Source: Pedosphaera sp. (GTDB lineage: Bacteria; Verrucomicrobiota; Verrucomicrobiia; Limisphaerales; SIBH01). From it: 15,558 bases of DNA. The stretch is from the NCBI GenBank assembly GCA_031414955.1, contig JANOQV010000256.1:1-15558 (forward strand), written 5' to 3'. The translations under genes were made by a program, and so were the position numbers. Positions 8,413 to 15,558 of the stretch are shown piece after piece (within the stretch, counting starts at the first letter, position 1; every line of letters begins with the position of its first letter). Under the pieces are notes generated by a model. That model was not told where the DNA came from. It was given only the letters and a program-made list of their open reading frames with translations, and searched no databases.

Positions 8413-9218
8413 TTGGAGCCGTGCTCCGGGCGGAATGATTCGTGACGCAGCAGGGACCGAAACCGCCGCCAGACATCATAGACGCCACCCACTCCCACCG
8501 ATTGCCGATCCAGGACGCGCAATTGCGAGGCATCGCGGCGGATGACGGCGGCGGCGAGTTGTTGCTGGGCCGAGCGCAACTTTTCCTCGAAGAGCGCCGT
8601 GAGCTGGCGCGGCCCGGTTTTCTCGGCCTGCTCCCGGGTCACGACGATCGGCTCGCCGAAGTTGATGCAAGCTTCTGGCCGCCGTTCCTCCCAGAAAACG
8701 TATTCGAGGGCGAGCGGCAGGTAGGTGGCGACGTTCAGACGCGTGGCGAGCTGGGCCATTCCCGTTTTCAACCCAACGGAAGTGTCTCGGACGTCGGCAA
8801 AGGATCCTTGCGGGGTGAGCCAGAGCATCGAGTCGGGCCGGGCGAGCGCTGCGCCCGCGCCTTCGAGGAACGCGGCGGTGCCGCGATGGGATCGCTGCTC
8901 CACCGGGAAGAAACCCAGCTTGCGAAAGAACGGATACTTGCGCAGGGCCGCAGCCTCAATCGGCGCATAGGAGGCGCGATGGGCAAAGCAGCGTTTGCGC
9001 AAGACGAGGCAGATCATCGGATCCCACCACGAGGCGTGATTCAGGTAGATGATGAGCGGATTCGAGGACACCGGCGGGGCCGACTGGCACAAGCGCAGCG
9101 CATGGAAATGCCGGCGGACGTAGCGCTCGCCATAAAGTGTGAACCATCGAAGCCACAGGGGTGAAATGCGGGGTTCGCTCGGTTCTGCTCCATGGGTTGC
9201 GGCTGGGTTCATTTGCAT
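8409..9218 (-). CDS. Lysophospholipid acyltransferase (PlsC-type) family protein, probable carotenoid glycoside acyltransferase
   Basis: NHASWWD (HxxxxD) catalytic motif, LGFFPV, LWLTPQG (FPEG-like) and YLPLALEY. Coupled to both neighbours (TGATG at 9220-9216, ATGA at 8412-8409). Confidence 0.85.
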   Translation of the reverse strand: MQMNPAATHGAEPSEPRISPLWLRWFTLYGERYVRRHFHALRLCQSAPPVSSNPLIIYLNHASWWDPMICLVLRKRCFAHRASYAPIEAAALRKYPFFRKLGFFPVEQRSHRGTAAFLEGAGAALARPDSMLWLTPQGSFADVRDTSVGLKTGMAQLATRLNVATYLPLALEYVFWEERRPEACINFGEPIVVTREQAEKTGPRQLTALFEEKLRSAQQQLAAAVIRRDASQLRVLDRQSVGVGGVYDVWRRFRSLLRHESFRPEHGSK

Positions 9219-10774
9219 CAGCCCGTCGCGGCGAGATTTTCCGCCTCCACTTCCGGACAGCCACGGACGGGTCCGTCGCCATCAAGGGCGTCGGCCGCAA
9301 TCCATCCAGACATCAGGGCCATGGGCATGCCAGGGCCAGGATGCGCCGAACCGCCCGCGAGATACAAGCCGCGCACATCCGGACTGCGATTGCCGGGTTT
9401 GAAGGCACCCAGGAACTTTCCGTGGCTGGCCAGTCCGTAGATGGCGCCATTCAGGACATGGTAGCGATCGTGGATGTCCTGCGGGGTGAGGGCATGTTCC
9501 ACAACGATGCGGGACTCGAGGTCGTGCAGTCCGGCGACGCGTGAGAGCTTGTCGAGAATCACGCGGCGATAGCTCGGGAGCATCTCCTGCCAATTATGAT
9601 GCGGACGCAAGTAGGGCGTATGCACCAGGACGTAGAGGGCTTCGCCTCCGTCCGGAGCCACCCCACTCTCGGTCCGCGCCGGAGCGCAGACATAGCAAGT
9701 AGGATCAGCGGCTGGCTCGCCGCGGCGATAGATGGATTCAAACTCCTCCTCGGGTTGGTGCGAGAACACGAAGTTGTGATGCAGGAGATGACTGTAAGCT
9801 TTGGAGAGTCCGAGGTAGAGCACCACGCCCGAACAGGCCGCCTCGTATTTGCGGCGGCGCTCAAAGCGTTTTTCTGGCCCGCCGCCCACCAGTTCACGAT
9901 GCGTACGGACGGTGTCGCAATTTGAAACCACGGCGCGCAGCGGCACGAAGTCTCCGTTCTCCGTCTCCACGCCCACGGCTTCAGTGCCCCGCAGGCGAAT
10001 GCGTGTGACCTTGGTGCCGGTGTGGAAGACCACGCCCAGTTCCCCGGCGAGTTTGCGCAGCGCGCGGGGCACGGCCCCGGTGCCCCCCAGGGGATACCAG
10101 ACGCCTTCCTTGGTCTGCATGGAGGCGATGCCGCACAGCACAGCCGGCGACTGGTCAGGAGCGGAGCCGACGTATTGCGTGAAATGATCGATCATCTGGG
10201 CCACACGGGCGTCCGGAACATAGCTGCGCACCATCGAAGCCATGCTCTGCCCCATGCGCATTGAGAGCAGATCCAGCAACGTGGAGGGACGAAAGGCGTT
10301 GCCGGCCTTGAACATGTCCTTCAGGCCGCCAATCGGCTTGTGGAAGAAATAGCGATCAGAGATGTCGTGCAGTTTTTCCGCGTGCTCCATGAAGGCTCGG
10401 TAGCCCTGCTCGGTGCCGGGTGCCCAGGACGCCAGTTGTTGCAACATCTGCTCTTGGTCCTCGCGTAAATCAAGCGTGGTGCCGTCCTCGAAGAAGCAGC
10501 GCCACTGCGGGTCGAGCTTCACCAAATCGAGGTAGTATGAGAGTGGGCGGTTGGCCTCTCCAAAAATGCGGTGGAGCACCGATGGCAAGGTGAGGATGGT
10601 TGGTCCCATGTCGAAGCGGAAGCCTCCGCGTTCGAGTACCGCCGCCTTGCCGCCAAGCCAGTCGTTTTGTTCAAAGAGCACCACGGAATGCCCGCGTGCC
10701 GCCAGCGTGCAGGCCGCCGCCAGTCCGCCCAGACCGCCGCCAATGACGCCAATCGAGTCAGTTTTTTCGTTCAT
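9218..10774 (-). CDS. crtP: Phytoene desaturase-family flavoprotein, probable 4,4'-diapolycopene/diaponeurosporene oxidase (CrtP/CrtNb)
   Basis: IGVIGGGLGGL Rossmann motif, GFRFDMGPT and C-terminal LYLAGGSAHPGPGMPMALMSG (GMPM type, as in CrtP/CrtNb). Follows the ALDH, matching the crtN-ald-crtNb order. Start at ATG 10774, 17-nt overlap with the ALDH. Confidence 0.75.
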   Translation of the reverse strand: MNEKTDSIGVIGGGLGGLAAACTLAARGHSVVLFEQNDWLGGKAAVLERGGFRFDMGPTILTLPSVLHRIFGEANRPLSYYLDLVKLDPQWRCFFEDGTTLDLREDQEQMLQQLASWAPGTEQGYRAFMEHAEKLHDISDRYFFHKPIGGLKDMFKAGNAFRPSTLLDLLSMRMGQSMASMVRSYVPDARVAQMIDHFTQYVGSAPDQSPAVLCGIASMQTKEGVWYPLGGTGAVPRALRKLAGELGVVFHTGTKVTRIRLRGTEAVGVETENGDFVPLRAVVSNCDTVRTHRELVGGGPEKRFERRRKYEAACSGVVLYLGLSKAYSHLLHHNFVFSHQPEEEFESIYRRGEPAADPTCYVCAPARTESGVAPDGGEALYVLVHTPYLRPHHNWQEMLPSYRRVILDKLSRVAGLHDLESRIVVEHALTPQDIHDRYHVLNGAIYGLASHGKFLGAFKPGNRSPDVRGLYLAGGSAHPGPGMPMALMSGWIAADALDGDGPVRGCPEVEAENLAATG

Positions 10775-12284
10775 GTTTCCTTCGTTGGCAGACGGCGCGA
10801 AAGAGCGCGCCGGCCGCTTTGAGTCGAGCGCCCCAGCCACGGCTGTGAGCAAGTTTGAGATACTGGGTGAAGATTTCACGATCCACAGGCGTGGGTGGTT
10901 CAAGGTGCGGGCGCCAGCGGCTGCGCCGCGTCATCACCGCTTTGGGCACGGTCAGTTCCAGCAACCCTTCGGCCCCGCGGGTGACTCCGAAGCCGCTGTC
11001 CTTGCGTCCGCCGAAGGGCACGCGCGGATCGGCGGTCGGAACAATGAGGTCGTTGATGACGACGACCCCGGCGTTGATGCGAGCGGCGAGCGCCTGGGCG
11101 TCCGTTTCGTTGCGACTGAAGATGCTGGCCCCCAGCGCATACGGGCATTCCTCGTTGCACCGCAGGGCCTCGTCGTCATCACTCACCGCGACGATGGCGG
11201 CGGCGGGGCCGAAGTGATCTTCACGCAGCAAGCGCATGGATGGAGTGGCGTTGGTCACGATGACCGGAGCGCTGATGTCGCCAGTGTCCTGGTTGACTTC
11301 GCCGGCCAGTATGTGAGCTCCAGAGGCGGTGGCGGCCCTGACCAGATGCGCGATGTGACGGGAGGAGTTCGAGGTGCGAAGGCCCCAATGAGGTTGGCTG
11401 GTGAGTTGTTCGACGATGCATCGTTCCAGTTCCGCAGCGCGCGCGCGATGGACGAAGACGCGGCGCGGAGCAATGCAGGTCGCCCCTTTGTTCCAGCGCA
11501 AGCCAAAGAGCAAAGCCTTGGCGGCGAGTGGCACCTCGGCATCGTGGCGCACGAACATGGCGTCAGACCCGGACAATTCCATCACGGCCGGGACCAGGCG
11601 CTCGGCGAATTCGTGCAGCAAGATGCGGCCGGTGCGTGCTCCACCCGTGAAGACAACTTTGTCCACTCCTGCTTCCAGCGCGGCTTGAACGGAACTTTCC
11701 TCCGACGGCAGCAGGGTGAGAAGTCCGCTGGGAAGGCCCGCGTCCTCCAAGAGTCTAAAGAGCGTCTGACCCGCACCCGAGCCTTCTGGTCCGGGCTTGA
11801 GCAGGACGGCATTGCCGGCCACGAGCGCCTGGAGAACCACCACGCCGGGCAAGAGCAGCGCATAGTTGGAAGGCGCGACGACCAACACCACACCGCAAGC
11901 GTCGTGTTGGATTTGAACTCCGGTTCCGCGGAGCCAGAGTGGTTGGTGGAGCGAGCCGAGCGAGCGGGGGCGGAGAATGTTCGAAGCCTCCTTCTCCAGG
12001 AAACGGCAGGCGTCAGCCAGGGGAAGGATTTGCGAGGCGAGAGTTTCCGCATCCTCCCTCGCGCTCCCTCCGAGGCTGCGGTTGATCTGCTGAGGGTTCT
12101 CCGCCAGGAGTTCGCGAATCCTTTTCGCAATTTTGACTCGCTCCGTCAGCGGGGTCGCCGCCCACGCCGCTTGACCAAGTCGCACCGGCGTTAAGTCGAG
12201 ACTCGACGCGGTGATCCTGGACCGAGGAATCGGAGTTGGCTCACCGTCCTCGGTGTCGTTGAAATGGATGATGGGAATCCTCAT
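10758..12284 (-). CDS. aldH: Aldehyde dehydrogenase, probable carotenoid aldehyde oxidase (AldH/CrtNc-like)
   Basis: APSNY, LLKPG, VFTGG, MELSG (catalytic Glu), GATCIAP (catalytic Cys), HFGP and PFGGRKDSGFG. Start ATG 12284 overlaps the upstream stop (TGATG). Confidence 0.85.
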   Translation of the reverse strand: MRIPIIHFNDTEDGEPTPIPRSRITASSLDLTPVRLGQAAWAATPLTERVKIAKRIRELLAENPQQINRSLGGSAREDAETLASQILPLADACRFLEKEASNILRPRSLGSLHQPLWLRGTGVQIQHDACGVVLVVAPSNYALLLPGVVVLQALVAGNAVLLKPGPEGSGAGQTLFRLLEDAGLPSGLLTLLPSEESSVQAALEAGVDKVVFTGGARTGRILLHEFAERLVPAVMELSGSDAMFVRHDAEVPLAAKALLFGLRWNKGATCIAPRRVFVHRARAAELERCIVEQLTSQPHWGLRTSNSSRHIAHLVRAATASGAHILAGEVNQDTGDISAPVIVTNATPSMRLLREDHFGPAAAIVAVSDDDEALRCNEECPYALGASIFSRNETDAQALAARINAGVVVINDLIVPTADPRVPFGGRKDSGFGVTRGAEGLLELTVPKAVMTRRSRWRPHLEPPTPVDREIFTQYLKLAHSRGWGARLKAAGALFRAVCQRRKHERKN

Positions 12285-13831
12285 CAGGCGGTTTTTAACA
12301 CGTCTGTGTCCTCGGACATCGCCTCGGTCGATGGTGGGCGGGCCTCGGCCATTTCCAGACCCATGTCTTGAAGCAGGAGTCGAGAACTGATGCGCGCCGA
12401 CTCGAAGATGACCGGCAGTCCACTGCCCGGGTGAGTCCCTCCGCCGACCAGATAAACGCTTTCGAGATCCTCGAAGCGATTCCTCGGGCGCAGGTGCAGA
12501 AGCTGATCCAGGGTATGCGCAAGATTGAACGTGGCACCAAAATGAATCTCGTACTGCTGGTCCCAATCATCGGGCGTCAGGATTCTTTCGTAACGGATGC
12601 GCTTCTCCACATCATGGAAACCGGCTTTGGCGATCTCACGCAACGCCAGGTCGCGATAGCGTGCCTTCTCCCGGCTCCAGTCCACGTTTGGATGCTGATG
12701 CGTGACCGGCACCAGGACATAAAGTGCGCTGTGCCCTTCTGGAGCCAGACTTGGATCAGTGACCGAGGCGTTCTGGACGTAGAAACTTGGTTCCTTGCTC
12801 AGGACATGGCGCTGCTCGATGTCCTTGAGGTTCTGCGCGTAGTCGCGGGCAATGAAGATATTGTGGTGAGGGAGATCGTATTTCCCCTCGATACCGAGAT
12901 AGAGCATGAAGGTGGAGCAGGAAAACTTCTTGCGGGCAATCTGCCGGTTGCTCCAACGGCTGCGCAGTCCATCGGGGACGAGTCGTTGCATGGCCCGGGC
13001 AAAATCTCCATTCACCACCACGGCGTCGGCGCGGTAAGTGTCGGACGAAGTTCTTACGCCCACGGCTTTGCGGCCATCAAAAAGAATTTCCTCCACCGGC
13101 TCGCGCAAATGAATTTGAACGCCGCAACGTTGCGCCACCCTGGCCAGGGCGCGACTCACCTCGGCACAGCCGCCCATCGGATGAAACACGCCATGCTCGT
13201 ATTCCAGGAAGGAGAGAATCGAGAACAGGCTCGGGCAGCGGAAAGGAGACATGCCCAGGTATTTGGACTGGAAACAAAACGCCAGGCGGACGCGCGGATC
13301 TTTGAAGAACCGCTTGAGATAGGTATCAATGGACTGATGCGGTCGCAACATCGGCAGCAACTTGAGCAGTCGGGGATGGAGCAGATCGAGCCAGCCGTGG
13401 TAGGGCAACTCGAGGCACGGCTCCATCGCGGCCATCTTCGCGCGGTTTTCCGTCAGAAAGCGCCCGAAGCCCGGCGCATCAGCGGCTGAGAGGCGGCTGA
13501 TCTGGCGTTCCATTTCAACGAGCTGCGCCGTCGCGTCGATTTGCCCACCTTCGCCAAAGAGAATCCGGTATTGCGGGTCAAGCCGAACCATCTCCACTTC
13601 GCGGTCGAGATTGGTGCCGACGGTTTGAAGGATCTCATTCAGCACCCGGGGGTAGAGGAAAAAAGTCGGACCGACATCAAACTTGTAGCCATCTCCCTCA
13701 ATGGATGACGTTCTTCCACCCACCTGACCCGCGCGTTCGAGGACGCGGACGCGGACGCCGGAGGCCGCCAGGAGAATGGCGGACGCCAGACCTCCTGGCC
13801 CCGCACCGACGATGGTCACTTCTTTACTCAT
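12284..13831 (-). CDS. crtN: Phytoene desaturase-family enzyme, probable C30 desaturase CrtN
   Basis: VTIVGAGPGGL, GYKFDVGPTFF, FQSKYLGMSPF and YLVGGGTHPGSGLPVIFESA. First gene of the operon. Start at ATG 13831. Confidence 0.8.
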   Translation of the reverse strand: MSKEVTIVGAGPGGLASAILLAASGVRVRVLERAGQVGGRTSSIEGDGYKFDVGPTFFLYPRVLNEILQTVGTNLDREVEMVRLDPQYRILFGEGGQIDATAQLVEMERQISRLSAADAPGFGRFLTENRAKMAAMEPCLELPYHGWLDLLHPRLLKLLPMLRPHQSIDTYLKRFFKDPRVRLAFCFQSKYLGMSPFRCPSLFSILSFLEYEHGVFHPMGGCAEVSRALARVAQRCGVQIHLREPVEEILFDGRKAVGVRTSSDTYRADAVVVNGDFARAMQRLVPDGLRSRWSNRQIARKKFSCSTFMLYLGIEGKYDLPHHNIFIARDYAQNLKDIEQRHVLSKEPSFYVQNASVTDPSLAPEGHSALYVLVPVTHQHPNVDWSREKARYRDLALREIAKAGFHDVEKRIRYERILTPDDWDQQYEIHFGATFNLAHTLDQLLHLRPRNRFEDLESVYLVGGGTHPGSGLPVIFESARISSRLLLQDMGLEMAEARPPSTEAMSEDTDVLKTA

Positions 13832-13959
13832 GATGAACTTTGTTTGACTGAGTTGGAGTCCGACCCCACATCGACCGTGCCCCATCCCACGAACCTTTTG
13901 AGATTCATGGAGCGATGGGCGCCGTTGTTTGTGTGTCGCTGCAGCTTCATTCTGTGGAG

Positions 13960-13988
13960 AGGTTGTTTAATTTCGATGGAGTTGTCAA
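13960..13988 (-). promoter_or_regulatory. Putative sigma70 promoter of the crt operon
   Basis: Minus strand reads TTGACA (13988-13983), a 17-nt spacer, then CAACCT (13965-13960). Perfect -35, weak -10. Confidence 0.55.
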
Positions 13989-14004
13989 CATATTGTCTAA
14001 AACA
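13983..14004. promoter_or_regulatory. Putative CarH operator repeats overlapping the crt -35
   Basis: TGTCAAcatat (13983) and TGTCTAaaaca (13994) are 11 bp apart. On the minus strand they read TnnACA, the core of CarH/CarA 11-bp direct repeats. Confidence 0.55.
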
Positions 14005-14071
14005 AATATTACGGTTACAAAATATGGAGACTACATGTAAAAACTACCGTATTTACAGGTTTTTGGATATT

Positions 14072-14115
14072 TGTCTTCCAAAGTTCCATGTTAGGTCTAA
14101 TAACTGTCTAATGTC
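14072..14115. promoter_or_regulatory. Putative CarH autoregulatory operator (four 11-bp-phased repeats)
   Basis: TGTCTT (14072), GTTCCA (14083), GGTCTA (14094) and TGTCTA (14105) at exact 11-bp spacing, running into the carH start codon. Confidence 0.55.
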
Positions 14116-15037
14116 GTCGCACCACTCGATTCAGAGCGTATCAAGAAGGACTGGTCTCAGCACTCACGTCATTCGCGTGTGGGAAAAGCGCTATGGTGCG
14201 GTGAAGCCTAATCGCACCGCGACGAATCGCCGGCTCTACTCCGAGGCGGAAATTGAGCGCCTTCTTTTGTTGCGTCTCGCCACTGAGGCTGGTCACAGCA
14301 TTGGCAACATCGCCGCTTTAGAGACCGACAAACTCAAAGCCATGGCGAGTTTGGCGGAGGGCTTGTCCGTGCCGGGCCGAACAAGGTCGCAGCCCTCAGT
14401 TTCTTTTGTGGATGCTTGTATTGACGCCACCAAGCGGCTCGACGCCGTGGCGTTTGAGGATGCGCTGAGGCGGGCGGCACTGGCACTTGGGCAGCATGGC
14501 CTGCTTGAGCAGGTCGTGGCTCCGGTGGCTCAGGCAATAGGTGAACTTTGGCGGGATGGAACCATTACAGCGGCCCACGAGCATTTCGCCAGCGCGGCGA
14601 TTCGAGTTTTCCTGGGGCACGCTTCGAGGCCGTTTGCGTTGCCAGGAAATGCACCCCTCTTGCTCGTCGCGACGCCCGCCGGTCAGTTGCATGAATTGGG
14701 TGCCGTGATGGTGGCTGCGGCGGCCACCGACCTGGGCTGGCGCGTGACCTATCTAGGCACCAGTTTGCCGGCTGTGGAAATCGCCGGATCGGCGATTCAG
14801 AACAAGGCCCGGGCGGTGGCCCTCAGCATTGTTTACCCGGTCGATGACGAACACCTTCCCGCCGAACTGGACAAGCTGCGCCGCTACCTCCCGCCGGAGA
14901 TAAAGATCATCGTGGGTGGCCGGGCTTCGCACGCTTACGACGAGGCATTGAAGGGCATCGGGGCGCTGCGCTCGAAGGATCTCAAGGAGTTCTACGTGCA
15001 TCTGGACAGCTTGCGAGCCGAACTCAAACGTAAATAA
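14111..15037 (+). CDS. carH: MerR-family regulator with cobalamin-binding domain (CarH/LitR-type photoreceptor)
   Basis: MerR HTH with IRVWEKRYG and RRLYS. W-x9-EH motif (WRDGTITAAHEH). B12 loop PAGQLHELG, YLGTSLP, AVALS and IIVGG. Divergent from the crt genes. Start at ATG 14111. Confidence 0.9.
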   Translation: MSSHHSIQSVSRRTGLSTHVIRVWEKRYGAVKPNRTATNRRLYSEAEIERLLLLRLATEAGHSIGNIAALETDKLKAMASLAEGLSVPGRTRSQPSVSFVDACIDATKRLDAVAFEDALRRAALALGQHGLLEQVVAPVAQAIGELWRDGTITAAHEHFASAAIRVFLGHASRPFALPGNAPLLLVATPAGQLHELGAVMVAAAATDLGWRVTYLGTSLPAVEIAGSAIQNKARAVALSIVYPVDDEHLPAELDKLRRYLPPEIKIIVGGRASHAYDEALKGIGALRSKDLKEFYVHLDSLRAELKRK

Positions 15038-15047
15038 TTATCCAATC

Positions 15048-15257
15048 ATGAAAAACTTTTTTCGCCCCAATATCACCAGAGTCGGCAGGATGGTCCGGGC
15101 CGTTCTCGCCACGGCGATGTTGGGTGGCGGCATTTTCGCCATCCAGCAAATCATGTGGCTCGGCGTGGTGCTGTTCATCTCGGCCGGCTTTGTTTTCTTC
15201 GAAGCCGCGCGCGGCTGGTGTGTGATGCGGGCCTGTGGAATTAAGACCAAACTCTGA
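15048..15257 (+). CDS. Small two-TM membrane protein, DUF2892/YgaP-like
   Basis: N-x4-GR-x2-R start, two hydrophobic helices, C-terminal GWCVMRACGIKT. Begins 10 nt after the carH stop. Confidence 0.7.
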   Translation: MKNFFRPNITRVGRMVRAVLATAMLGGGIFAIQQIMWLGVVLFISAGFVFFEAARGWCVMRACGIKTKL

Positions 15258-15558
15258 GCGTGTTGATAAGCGCACCTCAGGACGGCGGTGTTGCTCAGAC
15301 TGGCCAAGACATCAATTCTCCTTGATGGGCAAGGGATCTTTGATGATTTCGCAATTCAGTCGCAGAGACATCTTCTGCCTCCAATCGTTCCGGTGCCCGG
15401 TCGACCAACCGCGCCCTCAATGCGAAAAATTGCGCCTTAGAGCCGGTCTGAAAATTCGGCCCCGGAGTGCGCCCGTCCTCGGGCGCAGCAAGGTGATGAC
15501 GCCGAGCGCGTTGGAGAAATCCACACCGGCCGACTTTTCCATCTGGCTGCGCCCGGGG

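Noticed and set aside
10551..13489. 547-aa and 373-aa plus-strand ORFs
   Set aside because: Antisense to the ALDH and crtN, which carry clear family motifs.
13844..14110. 89-aa N-terminal extension of carH in the ORF track
   Set aside because: Runs through the AT-rich promoter/operator region. The MerR domain begins right after ATG 14111.
13832..14110. Possible cobalamin riboswitch next to the B12-binding regulator
   Set aside because: No B12-box-like conserved sequence seen. The region is better explained by promoters and operators.
15258..15558. Possible partial gene at the right edge (plus-strand ATG 15496, or a minus-strand frame entering from the edge)
   Set aside because: Too short and motif-free to choose a strand or a product.

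Overview
GC-rich bacterial window. The gene content suggests the PVC superphylum, probably Verrucomicrobia (inference only). The left half carries a TonB-C-terminal-domain membrane protein coupled to a small membrane-anchored zinc-ribbon protein, a GuaB3-type IMP dehydrogenase, a convergent NAD(P)H-dependent FMN reductase, an imperfect heptamer-based inverted repeat, a secreted two-repeat hypothetical protein and a large secreted PVC-type beta-propeller protein. The right half is a five-gene minus-strand carotenoid operon in which every gene overlaps the next: CrtN-like desaturase, aldehyde dehydrogenase, CrtP/CrtNb-like oxidase, PlsC-type acyltransferase and a GT2 glycosyltransferase. It lies head-to-head with a CarH/LitR-type MerR-B12 photoreceptor gene and a DUF2892-like membrane protein. 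Most notable points: the operon has no crtM/crtB synthase, the glycosyltransferase is fused in frame to a cysteine-free thioredoxin-fold-like domain behind a signal-peptide-like segment, and CarH-type 11-bp repeats are visible over the crt -35 and the carH start. No rRNA, tRNA, CRISPR array or transposase was recognised. All family calls come from motif reading by eye, not database searches.
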